Shown piece after piece: positions 52,358-62,055 of a stretch of DNA of 64,000 bases. The first letter of the stretch is position 1; every line of letters begins with the position of its first letter. The notes below the pieces were generated by a model. The model had not been told where the DNA came from. It searched no databases and saw only the letters and a list, made by a program, of their open reading frames with translations. Origin of the DNA: Escherichia phage phiEC1; the sequence record KY608965.1, one strand, 5' to 3'. Made by a program: the position numbers and the translations under genes.

Positions 52358-52845
52358 GTTTGAATAATCTCAATGATTTCGTCTCGGGATAATCCATTGA
52401 TAAGAACTGTTTTAGGCCCATCAGTTTGGATTTTGTAGGTCTCAAACATTACACACAACTCTTCTGCTGTATGATATGGACTTGAGATTCCGAGGCGGTT
52501 GAATTTGTCGGTAAGAGGGTCGCAAATGATGTAGAATTTTATACCTGCGATATGTACATTTGGTTGACTAATATTAATGAACACATTAGCGTCATATTTA
52601 GTTAAATTGTTTTGAAGAAATTCTACCATAGCATTAACTGCTTCCGGCATTGCTTCACGTTTCTCTTCAGCGTATCGGGTGGAATATTCCTTTTGCTTTA
52701 ACTTCTTTTTAGCATTTTTCGCTAGAGTAGTACGAAGGTCTGTAAGATAACCAACTGCACGGCCTTTCTTAAAGACCCGGATTCCATCTGTAGAATCACC
52801 AAATGCTGCCACAACCATATCGTTAGTAATCAATTGCATATTCAT
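52345..52845 (-). CDS. alc: Alc, inhibitor of host transcription
   Basis: 167 aa from ATG at 52845 with GAGGAG Shine-Dalgarno downstream of early promoter; matches recalled T4 Alc. Confidence 0.8.
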   Translation of the reverse strand: MNMQLITNDMVVAAFGDSTDGIRVFKKGRAVGYLTDLRTTLAKNAKKKLKQKEYSTRYAEEKREAMPEAVNAMVEFLQNNLTKYDANVFINISQPNVHIAGIKFYIICDPLTDKFNRLGISSPYHTAEELCVMFETYKIQTDGPKTVLINGLSRDEIIEIIQTCLK

Positions 52846-52874
52846 AATTTTCTCCTCGTGTTGTTGATAAACCC

Positions 52875-52904
52875 ATAGTATCACCATCCTTGGTGTTTGT
52901 AAAC
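52875..52904 (-). promoter_or_regulatory. Early promoter for alc
   Basis: On - strand GTTTAC-N18-(GGATGGTGA)TACTAT. Confidence 0.65.
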
Positions 52905-52906
52905 CG

Positions 52907-54040
<1,134 letters not shown>

Positions 54041-54057
54041 TCAGTTAGTTTTTTTAA

Positions 54058-54087
54058 ATTGTACCACAATCCTTGTGGTATGTAAAC
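54058..54087 (-). promoter_or_regulatory. Early promoter for rnlA, overlapping denA stop
   Basis: On - strand GTTTAC-N18-TACAAT. Confidence 0.6.
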
Positions 54088-54497
54088 TACTTTTTCTTAT
54101 GTTGGATATTCCAAGGCGGGTTGAACTTTTTGATAAAAAGTGGTTCTTCAAGGTCCATTGTTGCGATGGTCATTGAACCAAGTTCGTTAGTGACTGAAAG
54201 GTCAAAACATTGGCGGGCCCAGAATTCAACCTTTTTGCCTTGCATTAAGGCATCCAAAATCATAAGTGATTTTCTTGAATCTGAAGTCTGGTCTTTTCGA
54301 TTTATGGCTGTTCGATAATAGTTAATGCGTTTCTTTAAATTCTTGGTTTTACCAATATACACAAGTTCGTCATCTATAGCAATAGCATATATGACGTTTT
54401 TCTTATTAGGGACATCAACGGTTTTAATTGTTGCATCTTCTAATAGCTCCAATTCTATATATTTAATAAAGGAATATTCGGCGGCAATATCTTTCAT
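54087..54497 (-). CDS. denA: Endonuclease II (DenA)
   Basis: 136 aa as in T4; GIY-YIG-like motif VIYAIAIDDELVYIGKTKNL. Confidence 0.9.
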   Translation of the reverse strand: MKDIAAEYSFIKYIELELLEDATIKTVDVPNKKNVIYAIAIDDELVYIGKTKNLKKRINYYRTAINRKDQTSDSRKSLMILDALMQGKKVEFWARQCFDLSVTNELGSMTIATMDLEEPLFIKKFNPPWNIQHKKK

Positions 54498-54505
54498 AAT
54501 AAAGT

Positions 54506-54519
54506 GGGACCGAAGTCCC
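54506..54519 (-). other. Intercistronic hairpin between nrdB and denA
   Basis: On - strand GGGAC-TTCG-GTCCC, short U-tract only. Confidence 0.5.
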
Positions 54520-54523
54520 GTCC

Positions 54524-55702
54524 TTAGAAATATTTTTTGTATGAATTGATTACATTTTGGTCTACATCATTATCAATTTGTGCGACAAGATAAGAACTGA
54601 TTTCAACTTCCTGAGGAGCTGCTTGAACTAAATCAGAGTTCAGATATTCACGAATCCAAGGATACGGATGCTTGGTCGGAGCATCAGTGATTGGGCATGG
54701 CAAACCGCACTGTTTCATACGAGACACAGTCAAGTAATCAACAAAAGCACACATACTCTGCGTATTGATACCTGGACATGTACCATCTTTAAAGAGGTGT
54801 GCAGCCCATTCCTTCTCTTGACTATTTACTTCCATAAAGATATCTACTGCTTCTTGCTCACACTCTTTAGCAATTTGAACCCATTCATCCCCATCAACAC
54901 CAAGTTGGAGCTGTCGAATAATGTACTGAGTGCCTTTAAGGTGGAGTTGTTCGTCACGAGCGATGAACTTCATAATCTTTGCATTACCTTCCATAATTTC
55001 CATGTTCTTATGGAAGTTGAAAGTACATGCAAAAGATACATAAAAACGAATAGCTTCTAAGGCGTTAATAACGTGTAAGCAGAGATAAAGAGACTTCATT
55101 AATGCACGTTTACATTCTTCCACATGCATAAGACTATTTGAATATGCATCCAAATCATATTCATTTTCGGAAAAACATTTAAAAATTTCTTTAGCATTTT
55201 CCCATTCACGTGTTTTAACTAGAACATCATCATAATATTTGCCGATTGATTCCGCACGTTTCATAATTGCTTCATCTAATACAATCTCATCAAATACCTT
55301 CGATGGATCAGTATAAAGATTTCGCATGATATGAGTATATGAACGAGAGTGAATGGTTTCACTGAATGTCCATGTAGCAACCCATGTATCTAATGAAGGG
55401 TCGGAAAGCAATGCCATAAGTACCGCAGATGGTGCCCTGCCTTGGATAGAATCCAATAATGATTGATACTTAAGGTTGTTCGTAAAGATGTTCTGTTGGA
55501 ACTGTGGAAGCTTATTGAACTGCGCAGAGTCCAACATCAAGTTTACCTCTTCAGGGCGCCAAAAAAACGACAATTGCTTTTCAATAAGCTCTTCAAAAAC
55601 TTTATGGCGTTGAATATCGTAACGCGCAAGGCCAAGACCAGAACCAAAGAACATTGGTTCATTCAAAACATCAACTTTTTGGGTATTAAAAACTGTACTC
55701 AT
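54524..55702 (-). CDS. nrdB: Ribonucleotide reductase small subunit (NrdB), uninterrupted
   Basis: 392-aa continuous ORF; di-iron R2 family; synteny. Confidence 0.93.
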   Translation of the reverse strand: MSTVFNTQKVDVLNEPMFFGSGLGLARYDIQRHKVFEELIEKQLSFFWRPEEVNLMLDSAQFNKLPQFQQNIFTNNLKYQSLLDSIQGRAPSAVLMALLSDPSLDTWVATWTFSETIHSRSYTHIMRNLYTDPSKVFDEIVLDEAIMKRAESIGKYYDDVLVKTREWENAKEIFKCFSENEYDLDAYSNSLMHVEECKRALMKSLYLCLHVINALEAIRFYVSFACTFNFHKNMEIMEGNAKIMKFIARDEQLHLKGTQYIIRQLQLGVDGDEWVQIAKECEQEAVDIFMEVNSQEKEWAAHLFKDGTCPGINTQSMCAFVDYLTVSRMKQCGLPCPITDAPTKHPYPWIREYLNSDLVQAAPQEVEISSYLVAQIDNDVDQNVINSYKKYF

Positions 55703-55718
55703 TATATTCTCTCAATAG

Positions 55719-55736
55719 TGACTCATCCATGAGTCA
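55719..55736. repeat. 18-bp perfect palindrome in the nrdA-nrdB intergenic leader
   Basis: TGACTCAT-CC-ATGAGTCA, 16 nt upstream of the nrdB ATG. Confidence 0.8.
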
Positions 55737-55752
55737 ATTATAAACAAAATTC

Positions 55753-58008
55753 TTAAAGCTTACAAGCGGAGCAATCTTCAGCTTTAGGCGTTTCTAACTC
55801 ATAGTCATCTGTACCAGAACCATCTCGAGTGTTATGATAGTAAAGGTTCTTACCACCAAAGTACCAGAAGTAAAGCAAGTCATCAAGCATTACAGACATT
55901 GGCACTTTGCCTTTCTCAAAGACTGAAGGGTCGTAGTATGTATTAGCAGAAGCAGATTGGCACACCCATTTTAACATGATAACAACTTGTGTCAGATAAG
56001 GCTTATTACCTTTCTTAGCGAGTTTCCACGCATAGTCATAAAGACCCATGTTGTGTTCAATATTAGGAACTACTTGACGGAAATTACCTTCTTTAGATTC
56101 TTTAATACTTACTGGGCCACGAGGTGGTTCAATACCATTTGTGCTATTTGAGACCTGGCTGCTTGATTCGCATGGCATGAGAGCACTGAGTGTACTGTTA
56201 CGAATCCCGTGTTCTTTAAGTTCGGCTCGTAGTTCTTCCCAATCACATACATAGTTTGGGGCTGCGATTTGGTCAATCTTTTTATTGTACCAGTCGATAG
56301 GTAATTCGCCTCGAGACCATTTAGTGTCTGAATAATACTCGCAACGTCCTTTTTCTTTGGCAAGTTTGATTGACGCTTTGATAAGGCCATATTGTAATCT
56401 CTCAAACAATTCATGAGTCAAATCGTTAGCATCTTCGTATGAAGCAAAGTTAGAAGCCAACCAGGCTGCATAGTTAGTAACACCAACACCTAGGTTTCGA
56501 CGCTTTTTAGCTTTTAAAGCTTCTGGAACCGGATAGTCTTGATAGTCTAACAAGTTATCAAGTGCACGTACTTGCACTTCAGCAAGTTCATTAATTTTAT
56601 CTTGGTCTTGCCAATCAAATTTATCAAGAACAAAAGCAGAAAGAGTGCAAAGTCCAATTTCAGCATCAGGACTATTAACATCATTAGTTGGAATAGCTAT
56701 TTCACAACATAGATTGCTCTGACGAATAGGAGCTTTTTCACGAATAAACGGGGTGTAGTTATTCGTGTTATCAACAAACTGTGGATAAATTCGAGCAGTG
56801 CCAGAACGTTCAGTCATGAACAATTCAAAGAGTTCTAGTGCTTTGATTCTTTTCTTTCTGATTGTTGGGTCTTTTTCAGCTTTCTCATAAAGCTCACGGA
56901 ATTTATCTTGATCTTCAAAGAACGAGTAGTATAGTTCGCCTGACATTTCGTGAGGGCTAAATAAAGTAATATAATCATTTTTACCAAGGCGTTCCATCAT
57001 AAGGTCATTAATCTGAATTCCGTAGTCCATATGTCTAATACGGTTTTCATCCACGCCTTTGTTATTTTTCAGAACCAACAGGTTCTCTACTTCTAAGTGC
57101 CACATCGGATAATACGCTGTAGCAGCACCACCACGAATACCACCTTGAGAACAAGATTTTACTGCAGTTTGGAAATGTTTCCAGAATGGAATAACACCAG
57201 TATGTCGAACTTCACCCATACCAATCTTAGAACCTTCTGCACGAAGCATACCAACGTTGATACCGATACCAGCTCGTTTAGAAATATATTCAATAATTGA
57301 TGCTGAAGTTTTGTTAATAGATTTTAACGAATCACCGGCTTCAATAACTACACAACTAGAGAACTGGCGGGTTGGAGTACGAGCACCTGCCATAATTGGG
57401 GTTGGCAATGAAACTTGATGAGTAGAAACGGCATCATAAAAACGAATAATATGTTTCAAACGGTCATGAGTTTCGTCTTGATGTAAGGCCATGCCAATAG
57501 CCATGATAGCAAACTGTGGAGTTTCATAAATCTTCCCAGTTGTTTTATCTTTAACTAGATATTTTTCTTTAAGCTGCATAGCACCAGCATAAGTCAGGTC
57601 AAAGTCTCGTTCATGTTTAATCTGTGAATCGAGATAAATGATTTCTTCTGCTGAATATTGAGACAACAGCTCAGGGTCATATTTGCCTTCATTAACACAA
57701 TAAGAAATATGGTCGATAAAAGCAGGTGGTTCAAACTGCCCATACACATCTTTACGAAGTGCAAACATTAATCCTTTAGCGGCAACATATTGATAGTCAG
57801 GTTCTTCGACAGAAATCAAGTTAGCTGCAACTTTAATACAAATCTTCTGGATATCTTTGGTGCTCATCCCATCAACCAGATGAGTCTTAATTTCTTCATA
57901 CAATTCGTATGGGTCGATTTGTGTTCCTTCACACTGCCAAGTTAAGACTTGAATAATTTTCTGTGCATCAAAATTTTGGGATACACCACTGCTCTTAGTT
58001 ACTTGCAT
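55753..58008 (-). CDS. nrdA: Ribonucleotide reductase large subunit (NrdA)
   Basis: 751 aa; active-site region NLCCEI; ATP-cone N-terminus; synteny. Confidence 0.95.
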   Translation of the reverse strand: MQVTKSSGVSQNFDAQKIIQVLTWQCEGTQIDPYELYEEIKTHLVDGMSTKDIQKICIKVAANLISVEEPDYQYVAAKGLMFALRKDVYGQFEPPAFIDHISYCVNEGKYDPELLSQYSAEEIIYLDSQIKHERDFDLTYAGAMQLKEKYLVKDKTTGKIYETPQFAIMAIGMALHQDETHDRLKHIIRFYDAVSTHQVSLPTPIMAGARTPTRQFSSCVVIEAGDSLKSINKTSASIIEYISKRAGIGINVGMLRAEGSKIGMGEVRHTGVIPFWKHFQTAVKSCSQGGIRGGAATAYYPMWHLEVENLLVLKNNKGVDENRIRHMDYGIQINDLMMERLGKNDYITLFSPHEMSGELYYSFFEDQDKFRELYEKAEKDPTIRKKRIKALELFELFMTERSGTARIYPQFVDNTNNYTPFIREKAPIRQSNLCCEIAIPTNDVNSPDAEIGLCTLSAFVLDKFDWQDQDKINELAEVQVRALDNLLDYQDYPVPEALKAKKRRNLGVGVTNYAAWLASNFASYEDANDLTHELFERLQYGLIKASIKLAKEKGRCEYYSDTKWSRGELPIDWYNKKIDQIAAPNYVCDWEELRAELKEHGIRNSTLSALMPCESSSQVSNSTNGIEPPRGPVSIKESKEGNFRQVVPNIEHNMGLYDYAWKLAKKGNKPYLTQVVIMLKWVCQSASANTYYDPSVFEKGKVPMSVMLDDLLYFWYFGGKNLYYHNTRDGSGTDDYELETPKAEDCSACKL

Positions 58009-58071
58009 ATATTCCTCAGTATAGGTTGATAGACATTACTCCAAACGGGATAGTATTTATCCCGTTAATTT

Positions 58072-58097
58072 ATTATACACTTTTAAACTGAAGCGTT
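58072..58097 (-). promoter_or_regulatory. Candidate middle promoter for nrdA
   Basis: On - strand AACGCTTCA (MotA-box variant) then 11 nt then TATAAT; leader hairpin CGGGATA…TATCCCG at 58046..58064. Confidence 0.5.
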
Positions 58098-58350
58098 AAT
58101 TATCCTCAGCAATAATTTCTTCATATTCTTTAGGAGTCAAGACTGTAATATCGAAATAAACCAGAGGCTCTTTTTCCATACCGAATCCACCACAGAATTC
58201 ACGATATTCATAAATTCGTTCATGTGAATGGCAAATGAATCGTTCACCTTTAACTGTGATTTCACTATTCGGTGAAGGGATATCCAGTTCACTTGGATTT
58301 TTCATTTCAAAAATTGTGGTGCCATATGAATTAATAAAACGTAAAATCAT
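58096..58350 (-). CDS. Hypothetical protein downstream of td
   Basis: ATG at 58350 just after td stop; longer track ORF would overlap td by 62 nt. Confidence 0.45.
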   Translation of the reverse strand: MILRFINSYGTTIFEMKNPSELDIPSPNSEITVKGERFICHSHERIYEYREFCGGFGMEKEPLVYFDITVLTPKEYEEIIAEDN

Positions 58351-58351
58351 T

Positions 58352-59212
58352 TTATACCGCCATTTTAGCTTTGATAGCTGGATGTGATTCGTAATTTTTA
58401 AGAATGAAATCACTCGGATTCATATGCTCTGTTACCCAATGAAGCTGTAATGTCGTGCTCCAATCAGAGAATCCTTCAGGCCAATCAATTTTAAGTTCAC
58501 ACAGTTCTTTAGGCTCACGACGAAGAACTTCTTTGCATTGTTCTACATGATTGCTGTAGATATGCGTGTTGCCGCCTGAGAACACTAAATCACCTGGGAT
58601 AAGATTACACATCTTCGCTACGATATGAGTCAAGGCAGCGTATGAGGCAATATTAAACGGTAGTCCTAAGAATACATCTACTGAACGTTGATACCATTGC
58701 AGGTCAAGATGACCATTACGTACGTTGAACTGATAAAACATATGACATGGAGGAAGAGCCATTTGGTCGATTTCAGCCGGGTTCCATGCAGAAACAATTT
58801 GACGTCTGTCATTAGGAAGAGCTTTAATACGATCGATAGTTTTAACCAATTGGTCCACACCACCGAAATCACGCCATTGTTTACCATATATAGGACCAAG
58901 TTCACCACTATGATAACCAAGGTCTTTTGCCTGATTTTCGTAATTATCGTCCCAAATAGTTTTACCTTCAATAAGGCTACCATGAGTACGAAGACGTAAA
59001 TCATTAACGTTGGTAGAACCAGATATAAACCAAAGTAATTCAGCGATACAAGCTTTCCATGCCAGTTTCTTAGTTGTTACTGCAGGAAATCCTTTAGTCA
59101 GGTCCCAACGCAATTTAGTCCCGAAAAGAGCAATAGTGCCTGTACCTGTACGGTCGTCTGTTTCATAGCCATTTTCTAGGATATCATTAATCAGGTATTG
59201 GTATTGTTTCAT
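58352..59212 (-). CDS. td: Thymidylate synthase, uninterrupted
   Basis: 286 aa as in T4 Td; active-site PCH motif (…ALPPCHMFYQFNV…); ATGA overlap with frd. Confidence 0.95.
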   Translation of the reverse strand: MKQYQYLINDILENGYETDDRTGTGTIALFGTKLRWDLTKGFPAVTTKKLAWKACIAELLWFISGSTNVNDLRLRTHGSLIEGKTIWDDNYENQAKDLGYHSGELGPIYGKQWRDFGGVDQLVKTIDRIKALPNDRRQIVSAWNPAEIDQMALPPCHMFYQFNVRNGHLDLQWYQRSVDVFLGLPFNIASYAALTHIVAKMCNLIPGDLVFSGGNTHIYSNHVEQCKEVLRREPKELCELKIDWPEGFSDWSTTLQLHWVTEHMNPSDFILKNYESHPAIKAKMAV

Positions 59213-59796
59213 TTATACACACTCTCAGTAATTTCGGTGAGTTCATCGATTCTGTAGTAATGAGATTCTACCATAGAACGTTGAAGCATAATATCTTGGA
59301 CGAAATCTTTATCAAGTTGAACATCGGAATTAACACGACATTTCTTAATGATTTTAGTCATCACGATTTCATCGGCATAAGGCAGTGCTTGTTTTAATAA
59401 AGCAGGACCGCCAATAACCGAGACATCAACATGTTCAGTAGAAAGTTTAAACGGTACGTCAGTTGCAGGGCTAAACAGGTTAATTTCGCCACCGGTTACC
59501 AAGGTAATAAATTCAGATTGGGTGATATAGAACCGTGCAAGTTCGTCGCTTTTAGTCCTAGGCAGTTTTCTAGACATATCGGTGACAACTACATGAGTAC
59601 GATCTGGGAGTAGACGAGGTAATGATGCAAAAGTCTTAGCACCCATAACCATTACAGTGTTTTTAGTGCGAGCAACAAAGTTACTCATATCTTGTTTGAT
59701 ATGCTTCCATGGAAGTCCATCACCTAATCCAAAAGCATATTCCAGTTTATCATCAACTGTTTTAGATGGTGCGCATGCGAATACTAATTTAAGCAT
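59209..59796 (-). CDS. frd: Dihydrofolate reductase
   Basis: 195 aa (T4 Frd is 193 aa); synteny upstream of td. Confidence 0.92.
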   Translation of the reverse strand: MLKLVFACAPSKTVDDKLEYAFGLGDGLPWKHIKQDMSNFVARTKNTVMVMGAKTFASLPRLLPDRTHVVVTDMSRKLPRTKSDELARFYITQSEFITLVTGGEINLFSPATDVPFKLSTEHVDVSVIGGPALLKQALPYADEIVMTKIIKKCRVNSDVQLDKDFVQDIMLQRSMVESHYYRIDELTEITESVYK

Positions 59797-59798
59797 TT

Positions 59799-60047
59799 TT
59801 ATTTCCTCAGATTTTTCTTAACAACTTTCCAATCAGCTTTAAACGATTCAACATCAGAGTGGCAAATCCAGAATCCTGCGCTTTCGCCGTCTTCATAAAG
59901 TGGACATCCATCACATTCTTCATTCCAGCCCATTTCACGTAAAGCTGCTTCAGCTTGTTCAAGGAGTTCAGCATCTTTATCAAGGATGTTGAAGTACCAT
60001 TTGCCTTTAACTTCAGAATCGTTAATGCTTTGGCGTTGTAATTTCAT
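59799..60047 (-). CDS. Hypothetical early protein (frd.1 position)
   Basis: 82-aa ORF with ATG; early promoter 60084..60113. Confidence 0.55.
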   Translation of the reverse strand: MKLQRQSINDSEVKGKWYFNILDKDAELLEQAEAALREMGWNEECDGCPLYEDGESAGFWICHSDVESFKADWKVVKKNLRK

Positions 60048-60075
60048 TTTATTCTCCGTTGCTTCATTTGTTTTG

Positions 60076-60106
60076 ACAGGGTAATAGTATCACACCATTA
60101 CCCTGT
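60076..60106. repeat. 10-bp perfect inverted repeat bracketing the -10 of an early promoter
   Basis: ACAGGGTAAT (60076..60085) and ATTACCCTGT (60097..60106) separated by 11 nt containing the -10. Confidence 0.85.
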
Positions 60107-60113
60107 TGTATAC
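60084..60113 (-). promoter_or_regulatory. Early promoter for ORF 59799..60047
   Basis: On - strand GTATAC-N18-(GGTGTGA)TACTAT; -10 bracketed by a 10-bp perfect inverted repeat. Confidence 0.6.
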
Positions 60114-60475
60114 TATTTTATTCCAAAAATTTCTTTAATTTCTGCAATCACATCTCGAGCATTTTCCGTAGTCACTTCAAAGATGAGTGATTGTTTAGAA
60201 ATAGACTCTGGAGATACCTCGATGAAGTGTTTAAACTCATCATCATAAAGCTCAAAATATGAACCTGGCTTACCATCAAAACCGAATTCAGTACCGTCTC
60301 GCATAGTTACACGGGTTACACATTTATCATCATCATAATCTGTGTTCATGTCTTTTACAACAAAACTAGGACCATGAAGCTCAATCAAAGCCAGCATATC
60401 GGCGTTTTGTGGGCATTCATTGGCGAAGATAGCTTTACATTCTGGATTGATGATATAAGTTTTTCCAATTTTCAT
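60113..60475 (-). CDS. Hypothetical early protein, tandem paralogue A
   Basis: 120-aa ORF; clear similarity to the ORF at 60537..60923 (…YIINP…FANEC…HGPSFVV…VTM.DGTE…YFE.Y..EFK.F.EV…). Confidence 0.6.
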   Translation of the reverse strand: MKIGKTYIINPECKAIFANECPQNADMLALIELHGPSFVVKDMNTDYDDDKCVTRVTMRDGTEFGFDGKPGSYFELYDDEFKHFIEVSPESISKQSLIFEVTTENARDVIAEIKEIFGIK

Positions 60476-60507
60476 TTTGATTTCCTCTCATTTGTTTTGA
60501 TAGGATT

Positions 60508-60537
60508 ACTATAACATAGTCCTATCTTTTTGTATAC
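60508..60537 (-). promoter_or_regulatory. Early promoter for ORF 60113..60475
   Basis: On - strand GTATAC-N18-TATAGT; flanked by GATAGGA/TCCTATC inverted repeat. Confidence 0.55.
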
Positions 60538-60923
60538 TACTTTTTAAAAGTTTTTTGCAAAAGTTTGATGATTTCGTCGACGTTGGTTTCATCTACGATA
60601 CAATGGATTTTTGTTACACCTAAAGTTATACCTTCGTTAGTAGATTGAGGCTTTTCTAAAGTTACCTCAGTAAAGTATTTGAATTCTTCAGAGTAAATCT
60701 CAAAATACGTCTCAAGTGGGCCACCAGCCATGTATTCAGTGCCGTCTTCCATAGTTACACGTACCACACAGTCACCAGCACAATCATCACTTTCCATTTC
60801 ATCTACAACAAAACTAGGTCCGTGCTTCTCTATTAAATTTAGCATCATTACATTGCAACGGCACTCGTTAGCAAAGTCATCTTTAAATAAAGGGTTAATG
60901 ATATAAGATTTTCCGATTTCCAT
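60537..60923 (-). CDS. Hypothetical early protein, tandem paralogue B
   Basis: 128-aa ORF; paralogous to 60113..60475; early promoter 60953..60981. Confidence 0.6.
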   Translation of the reverse strand: MEIGKSYIINPLFKDDFANECRCNVMMLNLIEKHGPSFVVDEMESDDCAGDCVVRVTMEDGTEYMAGGPLETYFEIYSEEFKYFTEVTLEKPQSTNEGITLGVTKIHCIVDETNVDEIIKLLQKTFKK

Positions 60924-60952
60924 TTTGATTTCCTCATGTTGTTGATAGGTCT

Positions 60953-60981
60953 ATACTAACACATTCAGGGAAGAAGTAAAC
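60953..60981 (-). promoter_or_regulatory. Early promoter for ORF 60537..60923
   Basis: On - strand GTTTAC-N17-(GAATGTGT)TAGTAT. Confidence 0.6.
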
Positions 60982-61005
60982 AACTTTTTCAGCAATTTAC
61001 AGATA

Positions 61006-61030
61006 CTCAAAAGGGAGACCGAAGTCTCCC
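61006..61030 (-). terminator. Rho-independent terminator after gene 32
   Basis: On - strand GGGAGAC-TTCG-GTCTCCC followed by TTTTGAG. Confidence 0.85.
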
Positions 61031-61036
61031 GATTTA

Positions 61037-61939
61037 TTATAGACCAGCTAACAGGTCATCGAGGTCGCCATCATCAGAGGATGAGGTAGAGCTCATGAAG
61101 TCATCTTCAGTTTTTGCAGAACTAAAGGCTTCCATGTCTTTATCAAAATCGTCAAGGTCAGAAGCAACTTTATCTGCAACAGAAGCTGCTGCGGCTGCTG
61201 CACCACCAAGAGCGGCAGTACCAAGAACCTTAGCGAAAGATTCATTTAATTTTTCAAAGGACTTGAACTGGTCTTTAGCCGTCAAAGTAGTAAGGTCTAC
61301 CATCTGGTCATATAGTTCTTTCTGGAATGCTTCGTCATTAATACGAGGAATTTCAGATTGACCCAAGAATTTAGATTCGTCGTAGTTGCTAAAACCAGAA
61401 ACCTGCTTAGCTTTCAGAACGAAGTTGGCACCTTCAAACGGACAAGTAACATCAACCGGAGTTTCACCCATTTCGGTATCAACTGCAATCATTGCATTGA
61501 TTTTGTCCCAAATCTTTTTACCGAAACGATATTTAAATACTTTACCTTCGTTATCTGGAGCTTGAGGGTCTTTAACAACCAGAATATTAGCCCAATAAGA
61601 AGTTTTACGTTTCAGTTGAGAATATTCAGTTTTGTTGGTATTGTACAGGTCATTTTTACTAATGTACTGACATACAGGACAAGAGTCGTAATCACCATGT
61701 GTAGAAGAGCAATTTTCAATATACCATTTACCATTTTTCTTGAAACCGTGGTTAACAAGAATTGCAAATGGTAGTGCGTCATCAGTTTTTGCTGGCAGGA
61801 AACGAATTACCGCTTGACCATTACCTGATGCATCTAGCTTCAGCTTCCATTCGCCTTTATCTTCTGAAGAGAAACCTTTGTTACCGTTCAGTTTAGCCAT
61901 TTGAGCAGCGAGGTCAGCAGTAGATTTACGTTTAAACAT
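61037..61939 (-). CDS. 32: Single-stranded DNA-binding protein gp32
   Basis: 300 aa; zinc site (…[15 protein letters not shown]…), acidic C-terminus; matches recalled T4 gp32. Confidence 0.97.
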   Translation of the reverse strand: MFKRKSTADLAAQMAKLNGNKGFSSEDKGEWKLKLDASGNGQAVIRFLPAKTDDALPFAILVNHGFKKNGKWYIENCSSTHGDYDSCPVCQYISKNDLYNTNKTEYSQLKRKTSYWANILVVKDPQAPDNEGKVFKYRFGKKIWDKINAMIAVDTEMGETPVDVTCPFEGANFVLKAKQVSGFSNYDESKFLGQSEIPRINDEAFQKELYDQMVDLTTLTAKDQFKSFEKLNESFAKVLGTAALGGAAAAAASVADKVASDLDDFDKDMEAFSSAKTEDDFMSSTSSSDDGDLDDLLAGL

Positions 61940-62026
61940 TATATTTACCTTTATTTAGATTATTTAATTTATTTACAGTTGGTTGCTACGACACTTATAC
62001 CTCGTAGCTGGTATGATTTATTTATA
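61940..62026 (-). promoter_or_regulatory. Gene 32 late promoter plus leader with autoregulatory translational operator
   Basis: TATAAATA on - strand at 62019..62026; 5' hairpin GCTACGA…TCGTAGC (61985..62008); then AU-rich leader with repeated UAAAUAAA-type elements before the ATG. Confidence 0.7.
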
Positions 62027-62055
62027 AAGTAATTTTAACACACAAGAAATAAAGC

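Noticed and set aside
54524-59212. Possible group I introns in nrdB and td as in T4
   Set aside because: Both genes are continuous full-length ORFs with no interruption, so no intron is present.
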